NCBI GenBank assembly: GCA_949373235.1
Contig: CASICQ010000003.1
Span: 49,136-113,135 of the forward strand
From: Candidatus Poseidoniaceae archaeon
GTDB lineage: Archaea; Thermoplasmatota; Poseidoniia; Poseidoniales; Poseidoniaceae
DNA: 64,000 nucleotides
Direction of reading: 5' to 3'
Each line of letters starts with the position of its first letter. Position 1 is the stretch's first letter. The position numbers and the translations under genes are program-made. A model generated the notes under the pieces. That model was not told where the DNA came from. It saw only the letters and a program-made list of their open reading frames with translations, and did no database searches. Of this stretch, positions 17,650 to 27,861 are shown in pieces.

Positions 17650-19878
17650 ATGGCTGGCGATGAAAACACAATGTCCCTGCGAGTAGCAAAAGCAATACCA
17701 TCCGATGTCGGCCATGGCCGTGCACGTATTTCGGGTGAGAACGACCTCGACTTGAAGCCTGGGGACATTGTAGAAATCAAGGGCGATAAGCGCTCCACTG
17801 CCGCTATTTACTGGCGAAGCCGTCCCGAAGACACGAAAATGGAAATCATTCGAGTCGACGGCATCATTCGGAAGAACGCGGGTGTCAGCCTTGGCGACCG
17901 TGTGACCGTATCCAAAGTTGAAGCCAAAGAATGCACAAAACTTGTGCTCTCGCCGGTCATGGCCAACAAACAGAAGGTCAAGTTCGGCCCGGGCATCGAA
18001 GGTTTTGCTCGACGAGGCCTCTCGAAGCGACCTGTTGTTCAAGGCGATCGTATTTTCATACCCGGCATGACCCTCTTTGCTGAGGCGTTGCCGTTCGCAG
18101 TTGTCAGCACCGTTCCAAAGGGCATTGTCAAGGTCACCAACGACACGGACATCGTCATCAAAGACGAAACGGTCGATGACGAAGACGCAGGTCAATCTGA
18201 AGGCATCACCTACGAAGACGTGGGCGGCATCGGGCAACAGTTGCAGAAGGTCAGAGAAATGATCGAACTGCCCCTGAAGCACCCAGAGTTGTTCCGTCGG
18301 CTGGGCATCGACCCGCCAAAGGGCGTTCTCCTCCACGGGCCACCGGGCACAGGGAAAACCATGATTGCCAAGGCTGTAGCCACTGAAGTGCAAGCGCACT
18401 TTAAGTCGATTAACGGGCCAGAAATTATTTCCAAGTACTACGGAGAATCCGAAAAGCAATTGCGTGAAATTTTCGACGAAGCTGCAGAAAATGCACCGGC
18501 GATTATCTTCATTGACGAAATTGATTCAATCTGCCCCAAGCGCGAAGACGTCAGCGGTGAAGTTGAGCGGCGGGTTGTTGCCCAGATGCTCACCCTCATG
18601 GATGGTATGCAAGGACGTGACAATGTCGTCGTCATCGGTGCAACCAACCGAAGGGACGCACTCGACCCTGCCTTGAGAAGGCCTGGCCGATTCGACCGAG
18701 AAATCGAAATTGGAGTCCCTGACCGCGATGGACGAAACGAAATCATGGACGTTCACACCCGCCAAATGCCAATTTCGGAAGACTTTGACATCAGTTGGGT
18801 CCTTGACAACACATATGGTTTCGTCGGCGCAGATCTTGCAGCACTCGTTCGTGAGGCTGCCATGAGGGCCCTCCGACGATACCTGCCTGAGATCGAACTG
18901 GAAGAGGAAACCATACCTCCGGAAGTTCTCGAAAAGATGGAAGTTCGCATGGATGACTTCAAGGAAGCAATCAAGGATGTTGAACCGTCTGCATTGCGTG
19001 AGATTTATGTTGAAATCCCCGAAGTTACATGGGAAGAAGTCGGTGGCCTAGAAGAAGTCAAAGACCGCTTGAAGGAATCTGTGGAATGGCCTCTTACTCA
19101 ACCTGAACTGTTCGAACATTTCGGCATTAAGCCACCACGAGGTATCGTGCTATTCGGTGCACCGGGGACAGGGAAAACCCTTCTGGCCAAAGCGATTGCT
19201 AACGAAGCCCAAGCCAATTTCATCAGCATCAAAGGACCTGAACTGATTTCAAAATGGGTTGGAGAATCGGAACGTGCAATCCGTGAGATTTTCAAGAAAG
19301 CCAAGCAATCCGCGCCCGCCATCATCTTCCTTGATGAGTTTGAATCGATTGCAAGCATGCGGTCATCAAATTCCGACGGATCGGGAAGCGATGTTTCGAA
19401 CCGTGTGGTCAACCAGTTGCTTGCCAGTATGGACGGTGTCGAATCGCTCGATGGTGTGATCATTGTTGCGGCGACAAATCGACCGGAAATGATTGACCCT
19501 GCCCTGTTAAGAAGCGGCCGATTCGAGCGTGTGCTCCACGTCCCACCACCGGACATTGGTGCGCGTGAAACAATCTTTGCGATTCACAGCGAAAGCATGC
19601 CGCTCTCCAAATTCTCAATCAAGGACATCATTGGCGGTCTTGACGGATTCACCGGTGCTGACATTGAAGCAGTTTGCCGAGAAGCAGCCCTCATTTGCAT
19701 GCGTGCAAAGAAAAAGAAGGTCACTAAGACACACTTCGAAGAAGCAATCAAGCGTGTTCGCCCGACGGTTACACCTGAAATGTTGGATTACTATCAGAAG
19801 ATGGAAACCCGTCTCACGAGTGGCTTATCCAACATTAAGCGCAACCGCGACACCAGCTTCGGCATGGAATCGATGTGA
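17650..19878 (+). CDS. cdc48: CDC48/VCP-like AAA+ ATPase (two AAA domains, N-terminal CDC48 domain)
   Basis: There are two Walker A motifs GPPGTGKT and GAPGTGKT and two Walker B motifs ([18 protein letters not shown]). SRH regions and an N-terminal double-psi barrel are present. The ORF track start 17635 is a TTG; the first ATG is at 17650. Confidence 0.92.
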   Translation: MAGDENTMSLRVAKAIPSDVGHGRARISGENDLDLKPGDIVEIKGDKRSTAAIYWRSRPEDTKMEIIRVDGIIRKNAGVSLGDRVTVSKVEAKECTKLVLSPVMANKQKVKFGPGIEGFARRGLSKRPVVQGDRIFIPGMTLFAEALPFAVVSTVPKGIVKVTNDTDIVIKDETVDDEDAGQSEGITYEDVGGIGQQLQKVREMIELPLKHPELFRRLGIDPPKGVLLHGPPGTGKTMIAKAVATEVQAHFKSINGPEIISKYYGESEKQLREIFDEAAENAPAIIFIDEIDSICPKREDVSGEVERRVVAQMLTLMDGMQGRDNVVVIGATNRRDALDPALRRPGRFDREIEIGVPDRDGRNEIMDVHTRQMPISEDFDISWVLDNTYGFVGADLAALVREAAMRALRRYLPEIELEEETIPPEVLEKMEVRMDDFKEAIKDVEPSALREIYVEIPEVTWEEVGGLEEVKDRLKESVEWPLTQPELFEHFGIKPPRGIVLFGAPGTGKTLLAKAIANEAQANFISIKGPELISKWVGESERAIREIFKKAKQSAPAIIFLDEFESIASMRSSNSDGSGSDVSNRVVNQLLASMDGVESLDGVIIVAATNRPEMIDPALLRSGRFERVLHVPPPDIGARETIFAIHSESMPLSKFSIKDIIGGLDGFTGADIEAVCREAALICMRAKKKKVTKTHFEEAIKRVRPTVTPEMLDYYQKMETRLTSGLSNIKRNRDTSFGMESM

Positions 19879-19948
19879 GACCCTCATTGCAAGCGACGCA
19901 TTGATGTGACGAAACTCGTTCGCTAGGCCATCGAAGGAGGGACTGAAC

Positions 19949-20188
19949 ATGGCAATATTTGCGCGGGAAATCATTGGAAGGGACGTTGTCGATTCACACC
20001 TCGAGCGGCTGGGTGAACTGAAGGACCTCGTTTTCGACAGCCCAACAGGCACCGTCATCGCCCTAAAAGTGGCCATTGAAGGGGATATTGATCCATCAAA
20101 ACTTCCTTGGGAATTGTCGGATGGCTTCGTCCAAATCCCGATCGATGAGATTCATCGAGTCGCAGCAAAAATACACCTCAAACGATGA
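19949..20188 (+). CDS. PRC-barrel domain protein
   Basis: The 79-aa sequence REIIGRDVVDSHLERLGELKDLVFDSPTGTVIALKV matches the archaeal PRC-barrel pattern. Confidence 0.55.
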   Translation: MAIFAREIIGRDVVDSHLERLGELKDLVFDSPTGTVIALKVAIEGDIDPSKLPWELSDGFVQIPIDEIHRVAAKIHLKR

Positions 20189-20326
20189 TTTTGGGAGCCC
20201 TCTGACTGGTTTCCATCCCTCGATTGCAAGTGATTTTGTTGAGCATTTGTTTGACAACCAGTCACAACCTTCTAAACCGATGCGAGAGCGTCCTCATGTC
20301 GGAATCTCGCTCCACTTGGTGTTTTT

Positions 20327-21934
20327 ATGTTCGGCGACCGCAACTTCAACTACCGACGAATCGGCCTACAAGCCGCTTTTTGGTTTGTGATGTCGCTTCT
20401 CTTGCTCACGGTTTTACTCAATTTTGTCAACCTTTCAAACACCAATCAATTGTCTGCTTATGACGACGATTGGGACGACATGTCAGCGTTTAGAGCGGAC
20501 TTGAAGGACGCTGGGATCAAGACGAGTTCTCTGGTGAGCAGTCCACTTTTGCTCGCCGATATTGAAGACCCTCGCAACACAACTTACATCGTGGCCGGTG
20601 TAGAACGCGACACCCTTTCGCTGCCTCAATTTGACGAAGATGGGTTCATTACCATCGCCGCTGATGACGGCTACTCTCCGTCTGAAATTGACGCTATTGT
20701 GGAGTTTGTCGAGGCAGGCGGAACTGCGCTTGTTCTCGATGATTATGGGTTTGCTGGCACCATTGCAGAAGCCTTCGGGATACGATACACAGGATACCAG
20801 CTTTACGACACCACCTATGTGGCGGATTTAGATTACAACTTCATTTGGATGTGCGTCCAAGCCACTCCCTGCGGCATGAACGGAACCGAAATCGATGCAT
20901 CCACGGTATCCGTTCACAACCGCTGGAGCGGAAACTTGGGCGAAGGCGAACACCCTTGCAGCGTCCTTGACGGTCAAACCATGGCGCTTGAAGACGCAGG
21001 TTTGTGCGCTCAGCATTGGGCTGCTGGAGAAATTCAATACAACGCGACCTACCAAATGCTCCTCAACGACATCACTGCACTCGAACTCATTCCTGGAGCG
21101 ATCGGCGCTTTACCCGAGGTTTCTGTACGGGCCGTAACCAGCAATGAAGCCACCGTCGATGTCAACGGTGACGGCGAAATATGGGTTGGCAACGAACAAA
21201 ACTCAGAAACCCCAGATTTATGGGGGCAATTCAATCTCAGTTTCGAAGCCTGTGCACGCAGTACATGCGATCCAAATGATGGGGGTCGCATTGTGTTCAT
21301 GGCTGATGGATCTGCGCTCATCAACGCCATGTATGATTATGAAGCGTTCAACGAAGGAGAATACGGCCCAACCAACAAAACGATTCCAAAGAACGACAAT
21401 CGCAAATGGGCTATGGATTTCGTCGCCGAGGCGTTGATGTCAACCGACCCCGCTGAGGCAGGGCAACCTTCTGAAACCGCAATGGTGATCTTCGATGAAT
21501 CACGGCATCCGCAAAATGCACTCCTTGCCGATTCCTACAACACCGTCTATTTCCTTCTGGTTTACTTTACAGGTGAAGGGCTTGCTATGCTCTTGCTGTT
21601 CTTGGTCCTCTTCGTGACCTTCGAAGCGGTGCTGCTGAAAAAGCGGGACCCGGAACCATGGCGCCACGTATTCAGCATCATCTACTACGGATTCGGGGAC
21701 GCCAACAGGTACACTTACTACGCCAAGAGTGAGAAAATCCGACAGGTGTTTTTATCCAAGGTCCGCAACCAAAACGGCCTCACACGAGAGGAATTCCACG
21801 CCATGCCGGCCAAGGACCTCGTCGCCCTCATCAATGACCCCGTGCTTGCTAAATTTGCCATTGAACCAAGCAGGTATTCACTGGAACAGACCGTTGCGGT
21901 GGTTAAACGAATCAAAGCGTGGGGCAGAACCTGA
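20327..21934 (+). CDS. Membrane-anchored hypothetical protein (N-terminal TM, large external domain with GATase1-like segment, C-terminal TM); architecture reminiscent of DUF4350-type partners of DUF58
   Basis: An N-terminal helix AAFWFVMSLLLLTVLLNFV and a C-terminal helix LLVYFTGEGLAMLLLFLVLFV are present. The segment ITIAADDGYSPSEIDAIVEFVEAGGTALVLDDYGF resembles a class-I glutamine-amidotransferase-like fold. An SD-like GGTGA precedes the next gene. Confidence 0.45.
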   Translation: MFGDRNFNYRRIGLQAAFWFVMSLLLLTVLLNFVNLSNTNQLSAYDDDWDDMSAFRADLKDAGIKTSSLVSSPLLLADIEDPRNTTYIVAGVERDTLSLPQFDEDGFITIAADDGYSPSEIDAIVEFVEAGGTALVLDDYGFAGTIAEAFGIRYTGYQLYDTTYVADLDYNFIWMCVQATPCGMNGTEIDASTVSVHNRWSGNLGEGEHPCSVLDGQTMALEDAGLCAQHWAAGEIQYNATYQMLLNDITALELIPGAIGALPEVSVRAVTSNEATVDVNGDGEIWVGNEQNSETPDLWGQFNLSFEACARSTCDPNDGGRIVFMADGSALINAMYDYEAFNEGEYGPTNKTIPKNDNRKWAMDFVAEALMSTDPAEAGQPSETAMVIFDESRHPQNALLADSYNTVYFLLVYFTGEGLAMLLLFLVLFVTFEAVLLKKRDPEPWRHVFSIIYYGFGDANRYTYYAKSEKIRQVFLSKVRNQNGLTREEFHAMPAKDLVALINDPVLAKFAIEPSRYSLEQTVAVVKRIKAWGRT

Positions 21935-21943
21935 GGTGAGATC

Positions 21944-23197
21944 ATGTGGACGCGTAAGGCATCATTTACATTCACCGGTGGTATTGCACTGGTTCTCATC
22001 GGGATGATGATTTCCAATCTTCAAATGATGATTTTAGGGCTTACTTTTGTTGCCTTCATCGTGGTCAATTCATGGATTTCAGGCCATGGAGAGGTGGAAG
22101 TGCAACGAACCCTCTCAGCCGATAACCTGTACAAGGGGGACGACCTCTATGTCGAACTTCTTGTGACCAACCGATCCAACAGAAACACACAGTTGCTTGA
22201 AGTCTACGATAACATTCCACACGAAATGAAATTGCGGAGCGGTTTGAATCAAATGCGACTCAACCTAAAGCCGGGTGAAAGCGCCCGAATCCGCTATGTG
22301 TTGCGCTGCCCATTGCGCGGGCATTACTCGATTGGCCCAGTTTCCCTGCGTTCTCGCAACACCTTCAACCTCGGTGTCGATGAAATGTACGTCGACCACC
22401 ACAGTGACATCGTCATCTTCCCACAGATCAAGGAAGTCGAGGAAGCCTTCCTCCGCTCTCGCACACCCAAGATGTACACGGGGGCCACAACCCTGCGCAC
22501 ACCTGGCCAAGGTTCTGAATTCTATTCGCTAAGGGAGTATGTCCCCGGAGACCCGTTCAAAAACATCAACTGGAAAGCGTTTGCACGGACAGGCGAGCTC
22601 ATGGTCAACGAAAAATGCCGGGACGCTGTTACCGATCTCTACTTGCTGCTCGACAGTCGAGATATTGCCCGAATCGGAACGGTGCTCAAGAACCCGCTCG
22701 AGATGGGGACGGTTTCTGCTGCAAGCCTCGCAGCCTTCTTCCTTAAGCGACGTGACTCGGTTGCGCTTGCTATTTTTGATGAAAAATTGTCCTACTTGCC
22801 GCCCGATACGGGTGACAAGCAGTACTTCAAAATCCTCAGTGCTCTTGCTGGAGTGTCACCAAAAGGTGCCATGCCTTTGCAAGCGGTCACCAATTCCCTG
22901 AGTGGAAGGTTCAGCCGAGGAAGCCCTGTGTTCATCATCTCTTCATGCGAAGGAGACGGGACGGTTCCCGCCGCAGTTCGTGACCTTGTTGGTCGCGGCC
23001 ACGAGGTGACTGTGTTGTCACCCTCGAGCATCGACTTCGAACGCCTCGTCAGTCGAATTCCACGCATGTCGTATGAGGTGCTCAAGCTCGAGCGTCAAAA
23101 CCGCCTCACCACGCTTGCTGGCTCTGGGGCACAAGTCATCGATTGGATGCCGGACATGGATTTGTCCCAAGCGTTGATGCAGGTAAGGGGGTACTGA
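21944..23197 (+). CDS. DUF58-domain protein (vWA-like; normally partnered with MoxR AAA ATPases)
   Basis: GSEFYSLREYVPGDPFKNINWKAFARTGELMVNE matches the DUF58 signature (G.EF..LR.Y..GD..R.I.WK..AR...L.V.E). An N-terminal TM pair is present. Confidence 0.75.
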   Translation: MWTRKASFTFTGGIALVLIGMMISNLQMMILGLTFVAFIVVNSWISGHGEVEVQRTLSADNLYKGDDLYVELLVTNRSNRNTQLLEVYDNIPHEMKLRSGLNQMRLNLKPGESARIRYVLRCPLRGHYSIGPVSLRSRNTFNLGVDEMYVDHHSDIVIFPQIKEVEEAFLRSRTPKMYTGATTLRTPGQGSEFYSLREYVPGDPFKNINWKAFARTGELMVNEKCRDAVTDLYLLLDSRDIARIGTVLKNPLEMGTVSAASLAAFFLKRRDSVALAIFDEKLSYLPPDTGDKQYFKILSALAGVSPKGAMPLQAVTNSLSGRFSRGSPVFIISSCEGDGTVPAAVRDLVGRGHEVTVLSPSSIDFERLVSRIPRMSYEVLKLERQNRLTTLAGSGAQVIDWMPDMDLSQALMQVRGY

Positions 23198-23199
23198 GC

Positions 23200-24423
23200 A
23201 TGGCTGAAGATGTTGGACTCCAACGCGACGTCACCGTTGGTGGTGAGTACAGCCCGAGGACGCTTCACCTGAAGTTGCTGAGAAAGCAGTGGCAAATTAT
23301 TGCCCTCCAGGTGATTGCAACAGTGGCCCTGGTTGGCATGTACCTCGAAGTCGTCTCAACCTATGTTGTCGGCTCCATTGACCACACCATGCTTTTCGAT
23401 ACAATTGAAGTGCTGATTGGCCAACAACTTCCAATTGGTGATTTCCTCACTGGAGAAGGAAACACAGGACTCGGACGCTTTTCTGTGCCGTTGATCCTTG
23501 GGATGTCGCTTGGCGGGAGCATGGCGTTCTTGGCCTTCCAAACCCCTAAGACTCAACAGCGAATCAAACTCGGCTTCATCATCACACTCATCGTGGTCCT
23601 TGTCGGACGATTGATTGTTTCTTGGGGCTTCGGCATGCTCACATCGTTTGATTTGCGCCTGCCCGATCAAGGGGAATTAGCCACATTAGAATGGCCTCTT
23701 TTGATGATCATGTCGCTGATGATTTTGTTCATTTACCTCCTTCCCGTCATTATGGGCACACGTGGAATATGGGGGCTTTCAAGGAGGTCAATCGCATGGT
23801 CCATCGGGTTCACATTGTTGTTTTTGGGGATTCACGCAATCCTAGCATTCCCGCTCATCAACGGTCAACTTGGAACCTACGGCGAAGCGTTAGCGACGGT
23901 TGAAACCCAATTTACTGAACCAACCATCGGCCTTTTCGGATTAATGTTGGTCACTAAGGAGCAGTTTGCTTTGATCATGATCGCAGTCCTCATCATGGTG
24001 TTCCAAGAATCATCTTACGGGGTAATCCGCTACCTTGAGTACGCATACAGACTTCCAGAATCTTGTAAGAGGGACCCTGAGTATGTCCGCCAAATGGACA
24101 ACGTGCTGAACACTCACCTCAAGCACACCTTCGGGTTCTTGGGATTAACAGGCATTGCTACGATGGTTGCCCTTGGTTTCCACAGCGTGCTGTTGGGCAT
24201 TGTTGAGGGTTCAACCGGAAGTCAATGGGCTGGGCAAATCTCGGAATCGATTGAACTGTCCTTAACGTATGGATTGGTCATTTCAGCGCTGATGTTTTTG
24301 AGCATCATGGCCTTGCTCAGGTTCTTTGTTCCATGGGAGCGGGTTTGGGGACTTGTCAACTCCTTACGGGGTCAAACTCCCATTGCAGCGACCCCGATGA
24401 CGAAAGACATCGTGGACCTTTGA
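23200..24423 (+). CDS. Polytopic membrane protein, hypothetical (same operon as the DUF58 gene)
   Basis: There are at least eight predicted hydrophobic helices. ATG 23200 follows the stop at 23197 by 2 nt. The ORF-track start 23143 would overlap the upstream gene by 55 nt. Confidence 0.5.
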   Translation: MAEDVGLQRDVTVGGEYSPRTLHLKLLRKQWQIIALQVIATVALVGMYLEVVSTYVVGSIDHTMLFDTIEVLIGQQLPIGDFLTGEGNTGLGRFSVPLILGMSLGGSMAFLAFQTPKTQQRIKLGFIITLIVVLVGRLIVSWGFGMLTSFDLRLPDQGELATLEWPLLMIMSLMILFIYLLPVIMGTRGIWGLSRRSIAWSIGFTLLFLGIHAILAFPLINGQLGTYGEALATVETQFTEPTIGLFGLMLVTKEQFALIMIAVLIMVFQESSYGVIRYLEYAYRLPESCKRDPEYVRQMDNVLNTHLKHTFGFLGLTGIATMVALGFHSVLLGIVEGSTGSQWAGQISESIELSLTYGLVISALMFLSIMALLRFFVPWERVWGLVNSLRGQTPIAATPMTKDIVDL

Positions 24424-24426
24424 GAT

Positions 24427-24672
24427 TCAGTTCGAGATCAAACGCTGCATTACACGGCCGATCAATTCGGTCGTGAACATCAGCAAAATCGGTAAGCCAC
24501 ACCAACCTGCCAGAGCGGACAAAACCGTCGATTCAATGGGATCCATCACCATCGGTTGTACAAAGAAGAAGGCCACGATGGCCCCGAGAAACAACAAACG
24601 TTCAATGAACAATGGATAGGTACGGCCTTTCGATTCTTCGCGAGCCATCAATGTTGTGGGTTTTTCTTCCAT
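24427..24672 (-). CDS. Small membrane protein (2 TM), hypothetical
   Basis: The 81-aa ORF has two hydrophobic helices. It lies 9 nt downstream of the coiled-coil gene on the same strand. Confidence 0.4.
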   Translation of the reverse strand: MEEKPTTLMAREESKGRTYPLFIERLLFLGAIVAFFFVQPMVMDPIESTVLSALAGWCGLPILLMFTTELIGRVMQRLISN

Positions 24673-24681
24673 GAAACCACC

Positions 24682-27600
24682 TCAGAGGTCCAGTCCTGAA
24701 AGACGGGCTTCAAGTGCGGCGAGCGCAGGATCAGGTGCTGCTTCTGGAGCTGGCTCCTTGCGATGCTCCCAAGATGCGTCGAGTTGAGCAAGTTCGGCTT
24801 CCAGTGCCGCCCGTTCGTCGCTGCCGTCCAAATCCGAGGTTGGTTCGATCGATGGTGATTCGGGGGGGGTTTCATCCACAGAATTTGTGCCTGCATCCAC
24901 CGGAATGGGCATTTCCTCCCACCCCTGTTCGTCGGCAACAGCAACCTCGACCGCAGCGTCAAGGGACACTGGAACTTCCCCTGCGAGGGTGGATTCCATG
25001 GTTGCAATCATGTTCACTTCAACCGGGGTGCGTTGACTGGCAGGCACTGAATCCCTTTCGTATGGCAATAAGCCGTCGCGTTGGAATTCCCAAAGCATGC
25101 CGCGGGGCACACCATCGGCAAGACCTGAAGCGTCGAGTTGCGTGATTAATTCCTCAAGCACCCTAGCGGTGTCTTCCAAAGCCACAGCCTCCCCAGCATC
25201 CCTTTGATCAGCTTCCAAGTAGATATCATCAAGTGCAACTTGAATCAATTGGCGTGTGGATTTGGCAATGCTTGGGAGCGCTTCTGGCCGAGTGCAATTG
25301 TTGAGCAGGGCCTCCACCTCTTCAGGTGGGGCGCCGAGTCGAACAAGTTGCTCGAGTACATTTCTCAATCGACGCAACATGGTGATGGATCGGTCGTAGT
25401 CTTCCAGTAAGTGTTCAAGGTCCAAGACCACATGGCCTACTGTCTCACCGAGTTGGTGTTCAAGGCGTTGTTGAACCGACCATCGAGCGAGTCCTCGTAC
25501 CGCACCTGCTGTCTGAGGCACTTGGCGTTCAAGTAAGGTCATGACTTCGCTTGAAAGTAAATGCCGTGGAGTTGCTGCAACATGATCAACAGTGGATTGA
25601 ATCACCTGCAAACCGCGTTCCACCGCTCGGTCAAGAAGGGTGACGGAGTACCCAAGCGCACGGGCGTGTTCCAAGCGTTCCAGCACCGGTCCAAGTCCGT
25701 CAAAGGTTTGAGCGTCGTCAAGAAGGGCTTGTGCAAGCGGTTCTTCTGCCAAACGTGCACGCAGGCGCTCAGCTTCCTGGATGTCGGCCACTGCAGCTTC
25801 GTGGGCTTCGGACAACGCCTCCGCTCGTTCGATGAGCGAAGCAAGTTCTGCTTCTGCGTGGCCTCTTCGAGCACCAAGGTCCCCTAACTCCCGCAAAATA
25901 TGCCTGCGTTCGTCCATTAGTTCGCGAAGTTCAGCCTGAACTTGGGCTTGGCGTGCCTCATCGGTGGCAAGTCGGTTTCGATCCTCTTCTGAACGACGTC
26001 GGCTGGCCTTGGCTTCCGATTCAATGGCGGACAACTCAGAGGTGTTGGTCTTGATTTTCTCATCCAACAGGAGGACTTCTGCTTGGGCCCGAGCGTGGCG
26101 TTCTCGTGTTGCTGCCACTTGTTCTTGCAGCACCTGCAGTCGACGTTCGTCGTCCTCGCTTTGTTGACGAATGGAGGAAAGTTGTTGGCTGTGGGTGTTG
26201 AGTTCAGCGTTCAAAGCCGCTTCTTTCAGCGACATGTCTTCAATTGCGGTTCGCAATGTTTCACTCGACGAGGCATCGCCGAGTGCTTTCGCTAATTCTG
26301 CGGCACGTTGGGAAACTTGGTGTTCAAGTTCATTGACTCGACGCACAAGACGCTCAGCTCGGTTCTCTGCTTGTTCAGAAGAAGCCTTAGATTGGGCCAA
26401 TTCAACTTGCATTGTGTTGTGCTTTGAATGAGCTTCTTCAAGCGAAGTTGTTGATTCCGCCCGAGTTTCTTTCGCTTCTCTGGCGACAATTTGTGCAGCG
26501 GTGGCTGCTGCATTCGCTTCATTCAATCTGTTCTCAACTGTTGCTTTTTCTTTCTCAAGTTCATCAATTCGATGGTCTGCGGCTTCCAGCCGACGGCGCA
26601 GGCCAGCGTCAACAGCAAGGGGTTGTGATGCTTCACCGCCCAAACCACCGCTTACCACTGCCACAGTTTCTGTGAACGAGGCTCCAGCGCGTTGGGTTCT
26701 GAGGTGTTCCATGCCTGTCTCAAAGCCATACAGTTCGTTTAATTTTGAAGTTAAATTCGCCCGACGGCTTTCCGAACGAGTTCGTAAAGTCACAAGGAGA
26801 TCTTGGAAATGATCAAGCGTGAATCCTTCGATGGTTCCGGAGTCCCTCGAAACAATGCTACCAGATGGCAATCGATGCAATTTCAAGACTCGAGTGGAAT
26901 CGGTAAAGGTCAGCATGGCTTCCTCCATGGTTCCACTTTGAGGGGCAGAAACACCCACTGGGATACCACGCGCTAAGACCACGGAAACAGCGGTTGAAGA
27001 TTGGCCAGACTGGAGGTGACCCGTGACTTCCTCATGCATTGCGGCAGAAAGCATGGACAGAATGGCGTCAGGTCCGCCTCGGCCTTCCCTCAAGACGAAT
27101 CCATCAGGGATGGGGCCCCCGGATGCACCGATTGCACCAAACTCTCCGTCCAAAATGCCAGCAACTGCAGAAATAATCCGAGCATGATCTGCATTTGCCT
27201 CTGTCCAAACACCGAGGGATGCATCACCGGATTGGGCGAGTAAAAGAGCACCGTCTTCGTGGTGCATGGTCCAGTGCGATGCCGAGGGGTCAATCCCTTC
27301 ATCCATCACTGAAATGGCCATGGCGCTCAAAGAGCCATGGATCTCACGGGCGAGTGTCTCTGCATCATTGGGTAAATCACCAACGCTGTCAATTAACAAG
27401 CCTTGATCGATGGCAACTGCTCCTCGGACCGTATCACGGCCCACAAGCACTTGCAATACGGAAGATAAATCACGGGACATGAGGCGTTGCAATGCATCCC
27501 CGCGCGGCAACAGCCCTTGGCGATCAGCTGGATGTTCAAACGCTTCAGGGAGAACTTCAGCGACGCTACCTAATCCAGCGAGGGAGTAGGATTGAGCAAT

Positions 27601-27852
27601 GAAGCGTGAAGCACCTTCGGCTTCAATTGAAAGCAAACGATCTTTCGCTGCTGTGCCTGCGAGGAGGGTTTTACCCTTTCCAGATTCTGCAAGCCAACCG
27701 ACAATCCTTCCAGCACGGACCAGTCGATGGCCAGCAGGGGTTTTCCTACGTCCAATCCAGGTGCTGATTACGCCGTGGTCAAAAGGCTGAATTATTCCGT
27801 CATCAACCGAAATGGCTTCTTCGATTGGGGTTCCTTGTGGTAGGTTAAACAT
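24682..27852 (-). CDS. Giant coiled-coil protein with N-terminal Roadblock/LC7-like segments and an acidic Pro/Ala-rich C-terminus
   Basis: The N-terminal region has VRGAVAIDQGLLIDSVGDLPNDAETLAREI (Roadblock-like) and a P-loop-like AESGKGKT. About 500 aa of heptad-rich sequence follows (ELEKEKATVENRLNEANAAATAAQ...). The C-terminus is rich in E/D/P/A. Confidence 0.6.
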   Translation of the reverse strand: MFNLPQGTPIEEAISVDDGIIQPFDHGVISTWIGRRKTPAGHRLVRAGRIVGWLAESGKGKTLLAGTAAKDRLLSIEAEGASRFIAQSYSLAGLGSVAEVLPEAFEHPADRQGLLPRGDALQRLMSRDLSSVLQVLVGRDTVRGAVAIDQGLLIDSVGDLPNDAETLAREIHGSLSAMAISVMDEGIDPSASHWTMHHEDGALLLAQSGDASLGVWTEANADHARIISAVAGILDGEFGAIGASGGPIPDGFVLREGRGGPDAILSMLSAAMHEEVTGHLQSGQSSTAVSVVLARGIPVGVSAPQSGTMEEAMLTFTDSTRVLKLHRLPSGSIVSRDSGTIEGFTLDHFQDLLVTLRTRSESRRANLTSKLNELYGFETGMEHLRTQRAGASFTETVAVVSGGLGGEASQPLAVDAGLRRRLEAADHRIDELEKEKATVENRLNEANAAATAAQIVAREAKETRAESTTSLEEAHSKHNTMQVELAQSKASSEQAENRAERLVRRVNELEHQVSQRAAELAKALGDASSSETLRTAIEDMSLKEAALNAELNTHSQQLSSIRQQSEDDERRLQVLQEQVAATRERHARAQAEVLLLDEKIKTNTSELSAIESEAKASRRRSEEDRNRLATDEARQAQVQAELRELMDERRHILRELGDLGARRGHAEAELASLIERAEALSEAHEAAVADIQEAERLRARLAEEPLAQALLDDAQTFDGLGPVLERLEHARALGYSVTLLDRAVERGLQVIQSTVDHVAATPRHLLSSEVMTLLERQVPQTAGAVRGLARWSVQQRLEHQLGETVGHVVLDLEHLLEDYDRSITMLRRLRNVLEQLVRLGAPPEEVEALLNNCTRPEALPSIAKSTRQLIQVALDDIYLEADQRDAGEAVALEDTARVLEELITQLDASGLADGVPRGMLWEFQRDGLLPYERDSVPASQRTPVEVNMIATMESTLAGEVPVSLDAAVEVAVADEQGWEEMPIPVDAGTNSVDETPPESPSIEPTSDLDGSDERAALEAELAQLDASWEHRKEPAPEAAPDPALAALEARLSGLDL

Positions 27853-27861
27853 ATCATCAAC

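Noticed and set aside
23143-23199. ORF-track start of the membrane protein at 23143, overlapping the DUF58 gene by 55 nt
   Set aside because: An ATG at 23200 lies 2 nt after the upstream stop and keeps the hydrophobic N-terminus. A tight non-overlapping junction is more parsimonious.
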